DNA of 64,000 nucleotides, from NCBI GenBank assembly GCA_963742875.1, contig CAVUNO010000007.1:65116-129115 (forward strand), written 5' to 3'. The first letter of the stretch is position 1; the number at the start of each line of letters is the position of its first letter. The position numbers and the translations under genes are program-made. Shown piece by piece: positions 46,750 through 55,633 of the stretch. The stretch is from an uncultured Actinomycetes bacterium (GTDB lineage: Bacteria > Actinomycetota > Actinomycetes > Streptosporangiales > Streptosporangiaceae). The notes under the pieces were generated by a model. The model saw nothing but the letters and a program-made list of their open reading frames with translations, ran no database searches and had not been told where the DNA came from.

Positions 46750-47102
46750 GGGTCCAGCCTGGCATATGGGTCCAACCGCGCATATAACAAGCCCAGCCGG
46801 CGCTCGCAGGCCCGGCGAATTCGCTCGCTCAGCAGCGCCGCCAGCGTCGGCCAGTCCTCGGCCAGCCGCCGCGCGCTGACGAACCGCGCCAGGTCGGCGC
46901 GCCGGCCCTGGCCCAGCAGGATGCTGTACAGCACGAGCCGTGACTCGACCCTGGACACGTCGAATTCGCGCAGGCCATGCCAGGTAAGGTGGACGGGCAG
47001 CACGACAACGCCCTCGTGCGGACCGCGCAGGTCCTCGAGCCGGTGAGGGAGACGTTCCGACAGCCCGTCCCATCGCGAGAAGATCGCATCAGCCAGCGCC
47101 AT
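46734..47102 (-). CDS. hypothetical protein
   Basis: 122-aa ORF (LRGPHEGVVVLPVHLTWHGLREFDVS...LAEDWPTLAALL). It resembles a conserved actinobacterial domain of unknown function. Its 3' end overlaps the adk-like start. Confidence 0.35.
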   Translation of the reverse strand: MALADAIFSRWDGLSERLPHRLEDLRGPHEGVVVLPVHLTWHGLREFDVSRVESRLVLYSILLGQGRRADLARFVSARRLAEDWPTLAALLSERIRRACERRLGLLYARLDPYARLDPCENM

Positions 47103-47361
47103 AGGCTCGATTATTACCGAACGGGCCCGCCCGCGGGCCGTAACGCAAAGTTATGTTCGCCAAACTCACGGTGACGGCAATTCTGCGGGGGCCGCGCGGA
47201 AGGGCCCGGCTGCGCCGCGGACGCCGCCCGGGGCGCGGCCGCCCGGAGGGGACCCGCCCCGGGACGGGAACCCGGCGGGCAGAATTACCCCGTGGACGCC
47301 GATCCTCATCGCAGATGTTACCCGCGTCCCGGCATCGGGGTGCGGGCGTTACCCTCATGGC

Positions 47362-47799
47362 ATGGGCAATGCCGGGACCGCTGGCGGGGCGCGGCGGGCC
47401 GCCAAGTGGCGGTTCATGATCTCGCCGCCGTGGCTCGCCTGGCACGCGTTCGCGGTCGTGGCCTTCTGGGGCATGTTCTGGCTGGGTGACTGGCAGTTGC
47501 ACCGCGCCCTGTCCGGTAACGCGCTGAGCTGGGCCTACACGTTCGAGTGGCCCATCTTCGCGCTGATGGGCGCGGTGTTCTGGGCCAAGACGATCCGGGA
47601 CGAGATCCGCATCCGCAGCGGCCAGGTCACGCCGGCGGCGCCGGACCTGCCGGACCTGCCGGGCGGCGCGACCGGCCCGGACGGGACTACTATAACGGGT
47701 AGTACGTCCGCCGAGATCGAGCTCTACGACCCGGAGCTCGCCGCCTACAATGCGTACCTGGCCCGGCTCAACCGGAAGGCCGAGAGCCGCGGCCGCTAA
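47362..47799 (+). CDS. hypothetical membrane protein
   Basis: Two clear TM helices (WLAWHAFAVVAFWGMFWLG and WPIFALMGAVFWA). No family assigned. Confidence 0.5.
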   Translation: MGNAGTAGGARRAAKWRFMISPPWLAWHAFAVVAFWGMFWLGDWQLHRALSGNALSWAYTFEWPIFALMGAVFWAKTIRDEIRIRSGQVTPAAPDLPDLPGGATGPDGTTITGSTSAEIELYDPELAAYNAYLARLNRKAESRGR

Positions 47800-47871
47800 C
47801 ACGGGCCGCGGCGGAACCAGCCGGAAGCATCCAGCGGAGCAGCCGGCGCCCGGCAGAGCATCCGTCAGGGC

Positions 47872-48264
47872 ATGAGCCAGCGCAATGAGCGAGGGAATCA
47901 GGAGGTAGCGCCGGTGCGAGGAACCGTGCTCCGGTACCGCGTCATGGCCTACATCACCGGTGTGGTGCTCATGATCCTGTGTTTCGTCGGCATCCCGCTG
48001 CAGATCGCCGGGCACCCCGCGCTGGTCAACGTGGTCGGCACCGGGCACGGCATCCTGTACATGATCTACCTGGTCACCGCGGCCCTGCTGGCGTGGAAGC
48101 TGCGGCTGGCCATCGTGCCCACAGTGCTGGTGCTGCTGGCCGGGACCATCCCCATCCTGACGTTCGTGGTCGAGCGCTGGATGACCCGGCGGTACATCAA
48201 CCCGGCCCTGGCCGCGGAGACGACAGCGGACCGTGAGCGACCACTACTTCACCGCGCACCCTGA
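47872..48264 (+). CDS. DUF3817-family integral membrane protein
   Basis: LRYRVMAYITGVVLMILCFVGIPLQ...GTGHGILYMIYLV...AGTIPILTFVVERW. The start may be an internal GTG. Confidence 0.7.
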   Translation: MSQRNERGNQEVAPVRGTVLRYRVMAYITGVVLMILCFVGIPLQIAGHPALVNVVGTGHGILYMIYLVTAALLAWKLRLAIVPTVLVLLAGTIPILTFVVERWMTRRYINPALAAETTADRERPLLHRAP

Positions 48265-48904
48265 GACCGGGCACCGCCCCGGCCAGGTGCACGTGCTGCT
48301 GCCGGATGTGCACCTGGAGCTGGCCACCGACGCGGGCGTGTTCTCCCCCGGCCGGGTCGACCCCGGCACCCGCCTGCTGCTCGACGTCGCGGCCGATCCG
48401 CTGAGCGCCCCGTCCGCCGCGGGCCGCCCCGGTCCTGATCTGGGCGAGCGGGACCTGCGCGGCGCCGATCTGCTCGATTTGGGCAGCGGGTATGGGCCGA
48501 TCGCGCTGGTGCTCGCGCGCCGCGCGCCCGCCGCGACGGTCTGGGCGGTGGATGTGAACGAGCGCGCCCTGGACCTGTGCGCGCAGAACGCGGCTGGCGC
48601 GGGGCTGGCCAACGTGCGGTGCACGACGCCCAATGACCCGGCGCTGCCCGCGACCTTCGCCGGCATCTGGTCGAATCCGCCGATCCGCATCGGCAAGCAG
48701 GCCCTGCACGAGCTGCTCGGCCGCTGGCTGCCCCGGCTGGCGCCCGGCGCCGCCGCCACCGCCGTCGTGCAGCGCCATCTGGGGGCCGACTCGCTGCACC
48801 GGTGGCTGACCGCCCAGGGCTGGGACGTGAGCCGGATCGCGTCCCGGGCCGGCTACCGGGTGCTGCGGATCACCCGGCCCGCTGACCAGGCGGGGGCGCC
48901 GTGA
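48233..48904 (+). CDS. class I SAM-dependent methyltransferase (RsmC/RsmD-like small-domain type)
   Basis: LELATDAGVFSPGRVDPGTRLLL...LLDLGSGYGPIALVLA...WSNPPIRIGK. Confidence 0.8.
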   Translation: MSDHYFTAHPETGHRPGQVHVLLPDVHLELATDAGVFSPGRVDPGTRLLLDVAADPLSAPSAAGRPGPDLGERDLRGADLLDLGSGYGPIALVLARRAPAATVWAVDVNERALDLCAQNAAGAGLANVRCTTPNDPALPATFAGIWSNPPIRIGKQALHELLGRWLPRLAPGAAATAVVQRHLGADSLHRWLTAQGWDVSRIASRAGYRVLRITRPADQAGAP

Positions 48905-49521
48905 CGGCCCCGGAGGGGACGCCCGGCGACGGTGAGAGCCGGCCCCGGCAGCTCCGCCCGACCGAGGTCAAGCGGCTCAACCGGGCGTGGCGGCGCAGCA
49001 CGCAGGGGCGGATCGCGCTGCTGCTGGATTCGGTGACCCAGCCATTCAACGTCGGCTCGATCGCCCGCTCGGCCGCGGCGTTCGGCGCGGAGCACGTCTG
49101 GCTGTGCGGTAACACCGCGCCGCTGGATCATCCGTCGGTGCGCAAGACCGCGCTCGGCACGGAGCGGTTCCTCAGCTGGGAGCGCGAGCCTTCCCCCGTC
49201 TCGGCGGCCAAGGCCGCGGCCGCCGCCGGGCTGCGGGTGGTCGCCATCGAGCTGGCCGCCGGCGCCGTGCCCCTCTACGAGGCACCGGTCGGCGGTGACG
49301 TCTGCCTGGCGATCGGCAACGAGGACCACGGCTGCTCCCCCGCGCTGCTCGCCGCCTGCGCCGCGGCCGCCTACATCCCCCAGGTGGGCAGGGTAGGCTC
49401 ACTGAACGTCGCGGTCGCGGCGGGCATCGCGCTGGCTGAGGCCCGGCGCCGCGAATGGGAGACCGCAGGCCACGCCGGGCCCGCGGGGCCCGCCGGACCC
49501 GAGGGACCGGCGGGAACCTGA
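48901..49521 (+). CDS. TrmH/SpoU-family RNA 2'-O-methyltransferase
   Basis: LLLDSVTQPFNVGSIARSAAAFG...LAIGNEDHG...IPQVGRVGSLNVAVAAGIAL. Confidence 0.8.
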   Translation: MTAPEGTPGDGESRPRQLRPTEVKRLNRAWRRSTQGRIALLLDSVTQPFNVGSIARSAAAFGAEHVWLCGNTAPLDHPSVRKTALGTERFLSWEREPSPVSAAKAAAAAGLRVVAIELAAGAVPLYEAPVGGDVCLAIGNEDHGCSPALLAACAAAAYIPQVGRVGSLNVAVAAGIALAEARRREWETAGHAGPAGPAGPEGPAGT

Positions 49522-49591
49522 CACCGAAACCTCGCCGGGATGATTTCCGCTGTTCACCAACGACACAGACGCCTCACCAATACTGAAGAAC

Positions 49592-50383
49592 GTGCTGCGA
49601 GCAGACGTGGATCAACGCCGTCCCGTTGCCTACCTGGACCGCACCCTCCCCATCGCATTCGCGCACCGGGGCGGAGCGGCGCATCAGCCGGAGAATTCCT
49701 GGGCGGCCTTCGAGCACGCCGTCGGACTCGGCTACACGCACCTGGAGACCGACGCCCGGGCCACCGCGGACGGTGTGCTCGTGGCCTTCCACGACCGCAC
49801 CCTGGACCGGGCCACGGACCGCACCGGCCGGATCGCGCGGATGCACTACCGCGAAGTCGCCGGGGCCCGGGTGGCCGGCACCGAGCCGATCCCGCTGATC
49901 GAGGACCTGCTGGGCGCCTGGCCCGGCCTGCGGTTCAACGTCGACCTGAAGGACGTGCTCGCGATCCGGCCCATGATGGACGTCCTGCGCCGTACCGGCG
50001 CGTGGGACCGGGTATGTGTCACCTCGTTCTCGGCGCGCCGGCTGCACGCGGCCCGGGTACTGCTCGACCGCCCGGTCTGCATGGCCCTGTCCCCGGCCGG
50101 GGTGGCGGCGCTACGGCTCATCGGCGGTGTCCCCCGGTGCAGCGGCGCGCTGGCCGAACGCCTCGCCCGCACCGGCGTGCACTGCGCGCAGGTACCGGCC
50201 CGGGTCGCCACCGGGCCGTTCATCGGCAAGGCACACAACGCCGGGCTGCAGGTGCACGTGTGGACCCTCAACCGCCGCGAGGACATGGAGCGCGCGCTCG
50301 ATCTGGGCGCTGACGGCATCATGACGGATGAGACCGTCATGCTGCGTGACCTGCTGATCGAGCGGGGCGTCTGGCCCTCGTGA
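49592..50383 (+). CDS. glycerophosphodiester phosphodiesterase family protein
   Basis: IAFAHRGGAAHQPENSWAAFEHAVGLGYTHLETDARATADGVLVAFHDRTLDR. Confidence 0.85.
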   Translation: MLRADVDQRRPVAYLDRTLPIAFAHRGGAAHQPENSWAAFEHAVGLGYTHLETDARATADGVLVAFHDRTLDRATDRTGRIARMHYREVAGARVAGTEPIPLIEDLLGAWPGLRFNVDLKDVLAIRPMMDVLRRTGAWDRVCVTSFSARRLHAARVLLDRPVCMALSPAGVAALRLIGGVPRCSGALAERLARTGVHCAQVPARVATGPFIGKAHNAGLQVHVWTLNRREDMERALDLGADGIMTDETVMLRDLLIERGVWPS

Positions 50384-50431
50384 CCGGCCTCTCGCCTGCG
50401 TCTTGCCGGCGCTGCCCCCGGGCAGGCCCCG

Positions 50432-50460
50432 GTTTTTCCCGCGCAGCACCGCGGAAAAAC
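50432..50460. terminator. candidate hairpin between the GDPD gene and rbpA
   Basis: GTTTTTCCCGCG - CAGCAC - CGCGGAAAAAC is a near-perfect inverted repeat with a T-run and an A-run in the arms. Confidence 0.3.
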
Positions 50461-50578
50461 GACGTACCGGGTATTCGGCCTGCGGATCAGGGTTGGATCG
50501 GAGCGTAATCGGGAATCTTGACCGCGTATTCCGCGTTGATAAACGTGAATAGCTGACCGCTTGGGAGGCAGCACGCCA

Positions 50579-50965
50579 ATGGCCGAACGCGCACTACGCG
50601 GCACCCGGCTCGGGTCGACGAGCTACGAAAACGACCGCAACACCGACCTCGCCCCGCGACAGGAGGTCGCTTTCGACTGTCCTAAGGGCCACCACTTTAC
50701 CGTACCCTTTGCCGCCGAGGCCGAGCTTCCCCCCACCTGGGAATGCCGGGTGTGCGGTGCGGTCGCCTTCGCGGCTACCGGCGAGTCGCCCACGCCGAAG
50801 AAGGTTAAGCCGCCGCGCAGCCACTGGGACATGCTGCTGGAGCGGCGCACGGTCGACGATCTGGAGGCGGTCCTGGCGGAGCGGCTCGAGGTCATCAGGG
50901 GACGGCGCGGCACCGCCAGGGAAACCGACGCCCGCCGCGACCGCCGGCAGCGCAAGAGCGCCTGA
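50579..50965 (+). CDS. rbpA: RNA polymerase-binding protein RbpA
   Basis: MAERALRGTRLGSTSYENDR...FDCPKGHHFTVPFAAEAELPPTWECRVCG...SHWDMLLERR. GGGAGG SD is present. Confidence 0.9.
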   Translation: MAERALRGTRLGSTSYENDRNTDLAPRQEVAFDCPKGHHFTVPFAAEAELPPTWECRVCGAVAFAATGESPTPKKVKPPRSHWDMLLERRTVDDLEAVLAERLEVIRGRRGTARETDARRDRRQRKSA

Positions 50966-51162
50966 GCCGGCGCGGGTCCTGTGCCCCTAGGCCCCGTTTC
51001 CGTAAGCAGGTCGCTGCGAGCCCTGTCGATGCAGGCCCCGTCGACGTAAGTCCCGTCCCTCAGCCCGGCCTGCAGACGGTCCACCCGCCGGCGGGCACCA
51101 GCGGCCGTCGGCAGGCACCAGCCGGCGGTGACCCAGAACTGAGCCGGCGGCGCCCCGGGGTG

Positions 51163-51939
51163 TTACGCCCCGGGGCGCTGCTGTGCCCAGCGTCCCCGGG
51201 ACCGCAGGTTTCTCATCCGGTCGGCGATGCCCCACTGCGCGACGCGGAGGAAGGCCTCTCCGATGATGGCCCGGCTCATCTTGCTCGCCCCGCGCTCCCG
51301 TTCCACGAACGTGATGGGGACCTCGACGATCCGCAGGCCGGCGTGGATCAGGCGCAGCGTCAGGTCGATCTGAAAGCAGTAGCCCGCCGACTCCACCGTG
51401 TCCAGGCTGATCGCGCGCAGCGCGGAGGTCCGGTAGGCGCGGTAGCCGCCGGTCGCGTCCCGGATGTCGAGCCCCAGCATGAGGCGGGTGTAGAGGTTGG
51501 CCCCGCGGGACAGGATCTCCCGGGACTTCGGCCAGTTCAGCAGCCGGCCGCCCGGTATCCACCGGGAACCGATCACCCCGTCTGCGCCATCCAGCGCGGC
51601 CAGCAGCAGCGGCAGCTGCTCAGGCTGGTGCGACCCGTCCGCGTCCATCTGCACCAAAGCGTCGTAGCCGCGCTCCAGGGCCCAGCGGAATCCGGCGATG
51701 TAAGCCGGACCCAGCCCGGCCTTGTCGCTCCGGTGCAGGACCTGAATGTGCGCGTCGACCTCGGACAGCTTGTCGGCGAGGTCGCCGGTCCCATCGGGGC
51801 TGTTGTCGTCGACGACCAGAAGATCCGCGTGCGGGACCGCAGCGCGCAGGCGGCCGGCGACGGCCTCCAGATTCTGCCGCTCCTCGTAGGTCGGCATGAT
51901 GACGGCGACGCGCTCGATGGGGGAAGTGGGCTCTGCCAC
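51163..51939 (-). CDS. ppm1: polyprenol-phosphate mannosyltransferase (GT2)
   Basis: VIMPTYEERQNL...VVDDNSPDGTG...VQMDADGSHQP...GGYRAY...GASKMS. It neighbours rbpA, as in other actinobacteria. Confidence 0.9.
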   Translation of the reverse strand: MAEPTSPIERVAVIMPTYEERQNLEAVAGRLRAAVPHADLLVVDDNSPDGTGDLADKLSEVDAHIQVLHRSDKAGLGPAYIAGFRWALERGYDALVQMDADGSHQPEQLPLLLAALDGADGVIGSRWIPGGRLLNWPKSREILSRGANLYTRLMLGLDIRDATGGYRAYRTSALRAISLDTVESAGYCFQIDLTLRLIHAGLRIVEVPITFVERERGASKMSRAIIGEAFLRVAQWGIADRMRNLRSRGRWAQQRPGA

Positions 51940-52529
51940 GCTTGCTGCCTCCGCCTGGGTGGAATCGCTGGTCCTGGCCGACCAGGATAGCGGCCCTGCC
52001 TCACACTTTCGCCGACAGGCAGCTGAGCCTTATCCCGTGGCGCTGCGTCTTTCCCGCTGACCGCCGTACACGCCGCGATCCTGGGGGCGCCAGCGCGCAG
52101 GCCGGGCGCCGCCCAGGGATCATCTCCTGCGCGCGTCCATGGGCGTCTGCCACCCGGCGGCCAGGAAAAGAAACCTGTGGGTAAAGGAAAGGGACCCGGG
52201 CTGCGCCTTCGGACCGGGGACCGTCTCGCCGGCAACGAGCTCGGTCACCGTTGTCTACTGGGCGCCCGGGTCCCCTCCCAAGCCCAACCCCCCGTCCAGC
52301 CGGTTCCGCGTAGCAGCCCATCTCACCGCGCCGGGCACTGAAACGGCTGGATGCATACGCCCCCACCCTGGCGCGGTCCAGATCACGGCGGGCCAGCCAC
52401 CTCCGGCTAGCCAGCCCGGTGCTGGACTGTGTGCAGAAACTTACCCCTCATCCGGACGATGTCAACCCCAGATCGTTACGGTACGTATACGGGCTAGTGG
52501 GCTATCGCAGCCGAAATATCTCGTCTCAG

Positions 52530-52946
52530 TTACACAACGGAGTCGGGCTTGTGCTCCGGGACGACCACGGTCCCGGTGGCGGTCGCCACGACCAGCCGCT
52601 CCGGGAGCACGGCCGCGGCCGAGGGCCCCCGCGCCGGGTCGGCCCGGCAGACCACGCTGGCCTCGAACGTCAGCTCCCGGCTGCGCCGCCCAATCGCGGT
52701 GACCGCGGCCGTGACCTCGATGACGTCGCCCGCCTGCACCGGCGCGCGCAACTGCACGTCGGAGTAGGAGGCGAACAGCCCCTCGTCGCCGTCCATCCGG
52801 ATGCACGCCTCGGTGGCCACGTCGCCGAACAGGGCCAGCGCGTACGCGCCGTCCACCAGGTTCCCGCCGTAATGCGCGTCCGCGTAGCTCACGTAGCGGC
52901 GGTGCGTCACCGACAGCCCCAGCCGCGGATCGGCCGCGCTAGACAT
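52530..52946 (-). CDS. kal: hot-dog-fold protein, 3-aminobutyryl-CoA ammonia-lyase-like
   Basis: YADAHYGGNLVDGAYALALFGDVATEACIRMDGDEGLFASYSDVQLRAPVQAGDVIE. The start overlaps the kamE stop by 8 nt. Confidence 0.65.
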   Translation of the reverse strand: MSSAADPRLGLSVTHRRYVSYADAHYGGNLVDGAYALALFGDVATEACIRMDGDEGLFASYSDVQLRAPVQAGDVIEVTAAVTAIGRRSRELTFEASVVCRADPARGPSAAAVLPERLVVATATGTVVVPEHKPDSVV

Positions 52947-53838
52947 GGGCCGGCGCGTGGTCGAGGGTGCCGGCCAGGTAGCTGGCCACCTCGCGCGGCG
53001 TCGTCCCGCGCCCGAAGATCGCGTCGACCCCCAGCGCGGCCGCGGCGGCCGGGTCGAACCGCGGCCCGCCGACCACGAGGACCGGTCCGCCGCCGCCCGG
53101 GTAGGCGTCGCGGAACGCGGCGGACATCTCCCGCGCGTTGGACAGGTGCGCGTCGCGCTGCGACACCACCTGGCTGACCAGCACCGCATCGGCCCGTTCG
53201 GCGCGGGCGCGGGCCACCAGATCAGGCACGCCTACCTGCGCTCCCATGTTCACCACGCGTATCTCCCGGTAGTACTCGAGCCCCTTTTCGCCCGCGTGCC
53301 CCTTGACGTTCAGGATGGCGTCGATGCCGACGGTGTGCGCGTCCGTCCCGATGCAGGCGCCCACCACCACCAACTTCCGGCCGAGCGCTGAGCGGATGCG
53401 CAGGTTGACCTCCTGCGCCGTCAGCAACGGGTACTCGCGTTCGGCGACCGTCACCGCGGACATGTCAACGAGGTGGCTTACCCGCCCGTAGACGATGAAG
53501 AACGTGAAATCGGGGCCGATTCCCTTGGCGTGCACCACCATCGCCGGGTCGAGGCCCATCTTGCCGGCCAGCTGCAGCGCCGCCCCTTCGGCCCGGGCCC
53601 GTTCGGCCTCGCTGCCGAACGGGACCGGCAGCGTGAACGACACCTGCACGCGGCCGTCCCCGGTGGTGTCGCCGTAGGGCACTATGACTCGGGGGGACGA
53701 CCCCCCGATTCCCCCCGCTGCGCTTCGCGCCCCGCTGGGGTCCTCGCCGTGGAATCGCGCGGCCGGAGGGGCCGAGGCCCCTCGCGGACCGCGCGATCGC
53801 GGCTGCGCCGCGCCACTCGCCGTACCGTCCGAATTCAT
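52939..53838 (-). CDS. kamE: lysine 5,6-aminomutase beta subunit (B12-binding)
   Basis: PYGDTTGDGRVQVSFTLPVP... and the B12 DxHxxG loop GTDAHTVGIDAIL. The first 50 or so codons from the ATG at 53838 are encoded by the repeat block, so the true start may be further downstream. Confidence 0.8.
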   Translation of the reverse strand: MNSDGTASGAAQPRSRGPRGASAPPAARFHGEDPSGARSAAGGIGGSSPRVIVPYGDTTGDGRVQVSFTLPVPFGSEAERARAEGAALQLAGKMGLDPAMVVHAKGIGPDFTFFIVYGRVSHLVDMSAVTVAEREYPLLTAQEVNLRIRSALGRKLVVVGACIGTDAHTVGIDAILNVKGHAGEKGLEYYREIRVVNMGAQVGVPDLVARARAERADAVLVSQVVSQRDAHLSNAREMSAAFRDAYPGGGGPVLVVGGPRFDPAAAAALGVDAIFGRGTTPREVASYLAGTLDHAPAHV

Positions 53839-53981
53839 GACGCCTCCGCTGGTTCCGGGGCCCGCGCGGCCGGAGGGGCCAAGGCCCCTCGCCGGCCGCG
53901 CGATCGCGGCTGCGCCGCGCCACTCGCCGTCGCCGATGGCGGCTGCGCGATCTCGGGGCTGCGCCCCGCGCCACTCGCCGT
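53691..53981. repeat. GC-rich hairpin repeat block between kamD and kamE
   Basis: A 45-nt module (53691-53735). Two 68-nt units (53756-53823 and 53863-53930, 65 of 68 identical, period 107), each with GAGGGGCC..GGCCCCTC and CGCGATCGCG palindromes. A partial unit at 53939-53981. Confidence 0.9.
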
Positions 53982-53995
53982 AGCGTCTCCGCTCA

Positions 53996-55633
53996 TCACA
54001 GTTTCACCGGTGCCGGGGTCCGCACGGACGGGGAGTCCTCGTAGGTCCGTTCGGGATCATGAATGTTCCCGGCGCTGCCCGGGCCCCCGTCGAGGATCTC
54101 GCTGGCGGGGTTGAAGTACCCCGGGGCCTTCGCCAGCACGCCGTCGAGGCCGCGGCCGCCATCCGGCGGGCGCCTGGTCACGCCGAACGTCCCGTCGGCG
54201 ATCGCGTTCAGCAGCCCCTCGTCGCAGATCCGGCGCAGCAGTCCGTTCGCCTCCCCCAGCACCTCGCGCGCCCGCGTGGCGACGAACCCGTCCGGCTCGG
54301 GCCGGAAGCTCTCCCCGAGCCGCCCGGCGGCCGCGCGCACGTACCGCGCGTTCTCCAGCGCCAGGTCCCGGTCGGACAGGAACGGCGTGTGGATCCCCTC
54401 GGTCATCATGCCGATGAGCAGGATCGACTGGTCCGTCATCAGCCCGCACAGGTTGAAGAAGGCGTCCAGCAGATAGCCGGCGAAGACGTTGCCGGTCATG
54501 TGCTTGGTCGGCGGCATGTACTTCAGCGGTGCGCCCGGGAAAAGCTCGCGGACGAGCTGCGCGTGCGCCAGCTCCAGCAGGAACGAGTCCGGCAGGGCCG
54601 GGTTGATCTCGAACGCGTGCCCCAGCCCGAGCTGCGTGTCGGCCAGCCCGGCCTCCTTGCCGAAGTACTCGTTCAGCAGCTGGCTGACCACGACGGTGTG
54701 CGCGGCGTCCACCGCGTCCGCCGTGGTCAGGTAGTTGTCCTCGCCCGTGTTGATCACGATCCCCGCACGCGCGTGCACCTGGCGGGAGAACCGCTGGTCG
54801 ATGAAGGTCCGCCGCGGGTTGATGTCGCGGAAGATGATCCCGTACATGCAGTCGTTCAGCATCATGTCCAGGCGCTCCAGCCCGGCCAGGGCCGCGATCT
54901 CCGGCATGCACAGCCCGGACGCGTAGTTGGTGAGCCGCACGTACCGGCCCAGCTCGCGGGAGGTCTTATCCAGCGCCGCGCGCATCAGAGCGAAGTTCTC
55001 CTGGGTGGCGTACGTGCCGGCGTACCCCTCGCGGGTCGCGCCCTCGGGCACGTAGTCCAGCAGCGACTGCCCGGTGGAGCGGATGACCGCGATGATGTCC
55101 GCGCCCTCCCGCGCGGCGGCCTGCGCCTGCGGGATGTCCTCGTAGATGTCGCCGGTCGCCACGATCAGGTAGATCCACGGCTTGGGCGGATCGGCGGTGG
55201 CCGCGATTATGCGGGACCGCCGGGCCCGCTGCCCGTCGATGGCGGCGAACCCCTCGGCGACCGAACGGGCGGCTGCGCTCCTGGCCGTCGGTGCGGCGTC
55301 TCCTTCCGGGAGCCGGAACGTCACCGTGCCCGCGGCGGCGGCCTCGGCGAGGTCTTTCAGGCTGTGCTGGGGGTTGCTGCTGAGCGCGTGCCAGACGGGC
55401 AGGGCGACGCCGTGCTCCAGGCCGACGCTGTTCTGCACGGCGTCGGTGAGGCGGTTGACCCACGGCATTCCGTCCGCGTCAGCGCCCTGCAGGCCGGCCA
55501 GCCGCAGCACGGCCCGCTCCACCGAGACCGTCGTGTGCGTGCGGGCCATCTCGGTGATCGGCTCGCCCGCCTTTCTGGCCAGCTCGCGGACTTCGCGGAC
55601 GGTGGCCGGATCGAGCCCCAGCTTCGACGTCAT
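53996..55633 (-). CDS. kamD: lysine 5,6-aminomutase alpha subunit
   Basis: 545 aa. MTSKLGLDPATVREVRELARKAGEPI...HTTVSVERAVLRLAGL... is typical KamD text. The start overlaps the kdd stop (ATGA at 55630-55633). Confidence 0.85.
   Translation of the reverse strand: MTSKLGLDPATVREVRELARKAGEPITEMARTHTTVSVERAVLRLAGLQGADADGMPWVNRLTDAVQNSVGLEHGVALPVWHALSSNPQHSLKDLAEAAAAGTVTFRLPEGDAAPTARSAAARSVAEGFAAIDGQRARRSRIIAATADPPKPWIYLIVATGDIYEDIPQAQAAAREGADIIAVIRSTGQSLLDYVPEGATREGYAGTYATQENFALMRAALDKTSRELGRYVRLTNYASGLCMPEIAALAGLERLDMMLNDCMYGIIFRDINPRRTFIDQRFSRQVHARAGIVINTGEDNYLTTADAVDAAHTVVVSQLLNEYFGKEAGLADTQLGLGHAFEINPALPDSFLLELAHAQLVRELFPGAPLKYMPPTKHMTGNVFAGYLLDAFFNLCGLMTDQSILLIGMMTEGIHTPFLSDRDLALENARYVRAAAGRLGESFRPEPDGFVATRAREVLGEANGLLRRICDEGLLNAIADGTFGVTRRPPDGGRGLDGVLAKAPGYFNPASEILDGGPGSAGNIHDPERTYEDSPSVRTPAPVKL

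Noticed and set aside
51940-52529. Cobalamin riboswitch or 6C-type sRNA in the C-rich spacer next to the B12-dependent operon
   Set aside because: The spacer lies downstream of the kam operon, not in its leader. I could not identify a B12-box or the paired C-rich loop hairpins, so it is kept only as an unexplained spacer.
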